Assembly: GCA_049967475.1 (NCBI GenBank)
Contig: JBMFSQ010000043.1
Coordinates: 9,256-19,348, forward strand
Direction of reading: 5' to 3'
Length of the DNA stretch: 10,093 nucleotides
Source: Chthonomonadales bacterium
GTDB taxonomy: Bacteria > Armatimonadota > Chthonomonadetes > Chthonomonadales > CAJBBX01
In this document: one piece after another, positions 6,755 to 10,093 of the stretch
Layout of the letters: each line of letters starts with the position of its first letter
Position numbering within the stretch: position 1 is the first letter of the stretch
Made by a program: the position numbers and the translations under genes
The notes under the pieces: model-generated
The model's input: only the letters and a program-made list of their open reading frames with translations
Database searches by the model: none
What the model was told of the DNA's origin: nothing

Positions 6755-8704
6755 TTGGCCAAGGAGATCCTCGTCAATGTAGGGGAGCGGGAGACGCGTA
6801 TCGCCGTCGTCGAGGATGGCCGGCCGGTGGAGTTGCACATCGAGCGTGAGGAACGTGTCGTTGGGAGCCTCTACAAGGCGCGTGTGTGCAATGTGCTGCC
6901 CGGAATGGATGCAGCCTTCGTGGATATCTCTCTGGAGCGCAACGCCTTCCTCTACGTAGGCGATGTGCTTCCTCAGGCAGACGCTCTCTCGTCGCGCCTC
7001 AGAACGGGTGACGCCGAAACCGCATCGGACATTGCCGACGACGAAGAAGACATTGAATCCGAAAAGCCGTCTGGCGAGGAAATGGTCCTCGATAGCCTGG
7101 GCGGCGCGGAAGCCGACATCCCGTGTGGATCTACACCGGCGTCTCTTCACGAACGGGAAGCAGGGGAGCCCTCGTCTGCCGGACGCAGACCCGGGCGGCG
7201 TCGCTCCATCAGCCGGAGTGTGCTCCGGCATCAGAACATTCGCGACGTGCTGAAAGTGGGCCAGGAGTTGCTCGTACAGGTGATTAAAGGCCCCCGAGGG
7301 ACGAAGGGAGCGCGCGTGTCCACACGCATCACGCTGCCGGGGCGCTACCTCGTTCTCATGCCCGATGCCGATAATGTGGGAGTGTCCCGTAAGATCGAGG
7401 ATCCCAAGGAGAGGGAACGGTTGAAGCGCATCGGCGCCAACCTTCGGGAACCCGGCTTCGGCATCATCATCCGCACTGAGGCAGAGGAGAAGACGGAGCA
7501 AGAGCTCAGAGCCGATCTCGACTTTCTTCTCAAACTGTGGCGCCAGATCCAAGACACCTACCGCAGGGTGAAAGCACCAGCCCTCGTTCACGCAGACCTC
7601 ACGCTCGTCAACAAGACGATCCGCGACATTTTCGGGTCCGATGTAACGCGCTTGGTCATTGATGATCCGGAAGAGTACGAGAAGGCGAATGAATTGCTGG
7701 ACATGGTGTCACCCAAGCTTAGGGGGCGTATCCACCTCTACTCCGGCGAGGAACCCATCTTCGATCATTACAAGATCCAGCCGGAGATCGAGCGGCTGCT
7801 CAAGCGCAAGGTGTGGCTCCGTTCGGGAGGCACACTCGTATTCGATGAAACCGAGGCCCTCACCGTTATTGATGTCAATACCGGCAAATTCGTAGGCGGC
7901 AGCAATCTCTCGGAAACGATCCTCAAGACCAACCTGGATGCCGCCGCAGAAATCGCACGTCAACTCCGCCTCAGGGATATCGGCGGCATCATCGTCATTG
8001 ATTTTATTGATATGAGCAATCCCCGCGATCGGCAACAGGTGCTCCGCGCTTTGGAGGTGGCCCTCAAAAAGGATCGCTCCCGCACGAAAATCTCCGGCAT
8101 CAGCGGGCTTGGCCTCGTGGAAATGACGCGCAAGCGAACTGGAGAGACGATTACCGCCTTCCTGAGCGAAATGTGCCCGGTGTGCCAGGGACGGGGAAAG
8201 TTGTCGTCCGCAGAAACCGTGTCCATCGAGCTCGAGCGGGAATTGCAGCGCGTAGCGGGCAAAGCAGGCAGCGACAAGCTCGCTTTGTTCGCAACGTGCC
8301 ATCCGGACGTGGCGGAACTGCTCGTTGGTCCTGATGGGGACACAGTAGACCGCGTGGAACAAGAGATCGAGCGAGCCATATATGTGCGCGCCAAGGCCGA
8401 CGCACACTTGGAGCACTTCGAGGTTATGGCGGGCAACCCAGACGAATTCGACAAACAATTCGGAGTGTACCGGAGGGCCCAGGTTGTAGACTGCCGGGTG
8501 GCGCGCTCGCTGGCGTCACCCGATGCAGGGGCTGTTGCATGGGCGGACGGGTACCTCATCCAACTGAGAGGCGACAAAGCATCGCTTCAGCGGTATCTGG
8601 GCCAAATGGTGAAGGTGAAGATACTGGAAGTGCGCCGGTCGTTTGCTTTGGGGACGGTAGTGCCGGGCTCAAGCCGGCCGCTTGACAGAAGTCAAATCCT
8701 GTGA
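6755..8704 (+). CDS. Rne/Rng family ribonuclease (RNase E/G)
   Basis: TTG start with an AGGAGG RBS. S1 domain (VGSLYKARVCNVLPGMDAAFVDI), catalytic motifs VIDVNTGK and RLRDIGGIIVIDFIDM, GLVEMTRKR, and the Zn-link CPVCQGRG. Confidence 0.93.
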   Translation: MAKEILVNVGERETRIAVVEDGRPVELHIEREERVVGSLYKARVCNVLPGMDAAFVDISLERNAFLYVGDVLPQADALSSRLRTGDAETASDIADDEEDIESEKPSGEEMVLDSLGGAEADIPCGSTPASLHEREAGEPSSAGRRPGRRRSISRSVLRHQNIRDVLKVGQELLVQVIKGPRGTKGARVSTRITLPGRYLVLMPDADNVGVSRKIEDPKERERLKRIGANLREPGFGIIIRTEAEEKTEQELRADLDFLLKLWRQIQDTYRRVKAPALVHADLTLVNKTIRDIFGSDVTRLVIDDPEEYEKANELLDMVSPKLRGRIHLYSGEEPIFDHYKIQPEIERLLKRKVWLRSGGTLVFDETEALTVIDVNTGKFVGGSNLSETILKTNLDAAAEIARQLRLRDIGGIIVIDFIDMSNPRDRQQVLRALEVALKKDRSRTKISGISGLGLVEMTRKRTGETITAFLSEMCPVCQGRGKLSSAETVSIELERELQRVAGKAGSDKLALFATCHPDVAELLVGPDGDTVDRVEQEIERAIYVRAKADAHLEHFEVMAGNPDEFDKQFGVYRRAQVVDCRVARSLASPDAGAVAWADGYLIQLRGDKASLQRYLGQMVKVKILEVRRSFALGTVVPGSSRPLDRSQIL

Positions 8705-8710
8705 CATAAT
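8682..8710 (+). promoter_or_regulatory. Strong sigma70/sigmaA-type promoter overlapping the ribonuclease stop codon
   Basis: TTGACA (8682-8687), 17-nt spacer, CATAAT (8705-8710), with an extended -10 TG at 8702-8703. Predicted TSS about 8714-8718. Confidence 0.8.
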
Positions 8711-8712
8711 CC

Positions 8713-9049
8713 CGAGGCTCTTGCGCGAGATGGCCAAAACCTTTTCGGCCTTCAACCCACCGATTGCCGAGGGTCCCCGGAAAGGTCCGAATTCGTGATC
8801 GGTTGCCAAGCGGCACATCCGGCAAGATAGGTCTCTTTACCCATTGGCGGCATACTCCATCGGGTGCGTTCGCCCCTCCGTTTGTGCGCCCTTTGCAGCA
8901 CGGCATGAGTGCGGCCTTGAGCGCTTTTGAGAGGGCGGCCATTCCGCCCCGCGCTGAGGGACGGTGCGTAACCGATGCACGCACATTGCCGAGCAAGGGT
9001 TTTCGGGTTTGCGCAGCCCGCTGAGGTCGGAAGCCTTCACGGAGCCTTG
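8713..9049 (+). ncRNA. Candidate large structured RNA (ncRNA or 5' leader of rplU-rpmA), family unrecognised
   Basis: Begins at the predicted TSS and contains no credible ORF. Nested complementary segments found by eye: 8713-8721/9041-9049, 8722-8729/9008-9015, 8736-8749/8988-9003, 8760-8767/8795-8802, 8803-8807/8821-8825, 8858-8878/8956-8977 and 8933-8938/8944-8949. Confidence 0.45.
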
Positions 9050-9197
9050 TGCGCCTAATGGAGCTGTTGTGCTGCGCCCTGGCGGGTCACGCCCTGAATG
9101 GAAGCGATCGGGCTTTGCAGTGCGCGCGGGAATACGGGTGGGAGTTGGGCGCAGTAGCGCGTGCGCGCCCGCAGAACAGGCCAGGAGGGAACGAAAC

Positions 9198-9509
9198 GTG
9201 TATGCAGTGATCAGGACAGGCGGCAAACAATATTGCGTCCGCGAGAAGGACGTACTCGAGGTAGAGAAGCTGGAGGGTGGGGAAGGGCAGACCGTCGAGT
9301 TTACGGACGTGCTTCTGGTATCGCACGATGACCGATTGAAGGTGGGAACGCCCAGCGTGCCCGGAGCGCGGGTTACAGCCACCGTCCTCGCCACCGAAAA
9401 AGGGCGCAAGGTTCGCGGGTATACCTACAAGCCGAAGAAGAACGTTCAGAGGCACTATGGCCATCGCCAGTGGCACACGCGCGTGCGCATCGAGGCAATC
9501 CAGGTATGA
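9198..9509 (+). CDS. rplU: 50S ribosomal protein L21 (bL21)
   Basis: GTG start at 9198 with AGGAGG at 9183-9188. The 103-aa product reads (M)YAVIRTGGKQYCV...YKPKKNVQRHYGHRQWHTRVRIEAI. Confidence 0.96.
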   Translation: MYAVIRTGGKQYCVREKDVLEVEKLEGGEGQTVEFTDVLLVSHDDRLKVGTPSVPGARVTATVLATEKGRKVRGYTYKPKKNVQRHYGHRQWHTRVRIEAIQV

Positions 9510-9682
9510 CCGGCTTCCCAGAATTCCCGGGTTTGGCCTAGGCACGGCATCCGCGCGCATGGCGGCATGGCGGAACCCGCCGATCGTTCCGCCGATAATT
9601 GAGAGGGTGGGGGTTTGGCCTATGTGCAGGCGTTTCGCTCGGCGCGGCCTCCCCAGGAGTTTCGGGTTTTTAGGAGGGATCT

Positions 9683-9982
9683 ATGGCACATAAGAAGGGC
9701 GTCGGAAGCTCACGCAACGGGCGTGACAGCAACCCGAAGATGCTGGGTGTGAAAGAATTCGCCGGCGAGCGCGTTCGCACCGGCGCCATATTGGTGCGGC
9801 AGCGCGGGACTCCGTTCCACGCGGGCAAGAATGTGGGTGTAGGGCGAGACCACACCCTTTTCGCACTAGTGGACGGCATTGTGCATTTCGAAGGTCCCAA
9901 GGACCGGCGCCGGGTCAGCGTCTACCCGGATGCCGGCGATGCCGCAGCCGAGGGGGAGCCTTCTGTTAATGAGGTTGGATAG
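9683..9982 (+). CDS. rpmA: 50S ribosomal protein L27 (bL27)
   Basis: Begins [24 protein letters not shown] and contains [10 protein letters not shown] and [21 protein letters not shown] upstream. Confidence 0.97.
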   Translation: MAHKKGVGSSRNGRDSNPKMLGVKEFAGERVRTGAILVRQRGTPFHAGKNVGVGRDHTLFALVDGIVHFEGPKDRRRVSVYPDAGDAAAEGEPSVNEVG

Positions 9983-10093
9983 TCTTGCTCCCGCGTTTCA
10001 CCCTCCAACGGGCGCGAACTCGGAGGCGCGGTTGCGTATCCGCAATCTGAGCGGATTGACCCTAACTCGGCAAGATGCGTGAGCAGGATTGCC

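Noticed and set aside
8733..8791. RNase P RNA-like words in the leader (GGAAAGGUCCG, CAAAAC...CGGCCUU, bulged-U helix)
   Set aside because: They do not match the conserved GAGGAAAGUCC and ACAGAA/ACAAAA-CCCGGCUUA motifs, and they occur in the wrong order. tmRNA tRNA-like ends and the SRP helix-8 motif are also absent, and the fold is too large and asymmetric for a typical 6S RNA.
8764..9024. 86-aa ORF inside the rplU leader (also 8556-8996 - and 8837-9409 -)
   Set aside because: No RBS and no recognisable protein features. The RNA structure explains the region better.
8964..9197. 78-aa N-terminal extension of L21 implied by the ORF track
   Set aside because: The strong AGGAGG RBS and L21 homology both point to the GTG at 9198. 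The upstream frame has no RBS and is not protein-like.
9457..9693. 78-aa ORF bridging rplU and rpmA as a possible Prp protease
   Set aside because: It overlaps both genes and lacks the Prp GHA...VCA motif, and L27 has no cleavable N-terminal extension.
1..10093. CRISPR arrays, tRNA/rRNA genes, transposases, integrases or defence genes
   Set aside because: I saw no regularly spaced repeats, tRNA/rRNA signatures or mobile-element ORFs.

Overview
GC-rich bacterial chromosomal segment made mostly of housekeeping genes. The minus strand carries a secreted 5'-nucleotidase-family metallophosphatase, followed by hrcA-grpE-glmM. dnaK/dnaJ are absent from this cluster, grpE and glmM overlap by ATGA, and I found no CIRCE element. 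The plus strand carries a secreted protein with two tandem YHS/TRASH-like Cys domains, a DUF2344/TIGR03936-like radical-SAM-associated protein without its usual radical SAM partner, an Rne/Rng ribonuclease, rplU and rpmA. The most notable unexplained signal is non-coding. A near-consensus sigma70 promoter at the 3' end of the ribonuclease gene precedes about 480 nt of untranslated sequence before rplU. The first ~335 nt of this can fold by eye into an end-paired, multi-helix RNA that I cannot match to a known family. The hrcA-grpE, rplU-rpmA and post-rpmA spacers also form end-paired, branched structures. All structures were found by manual inspection and were not computed.
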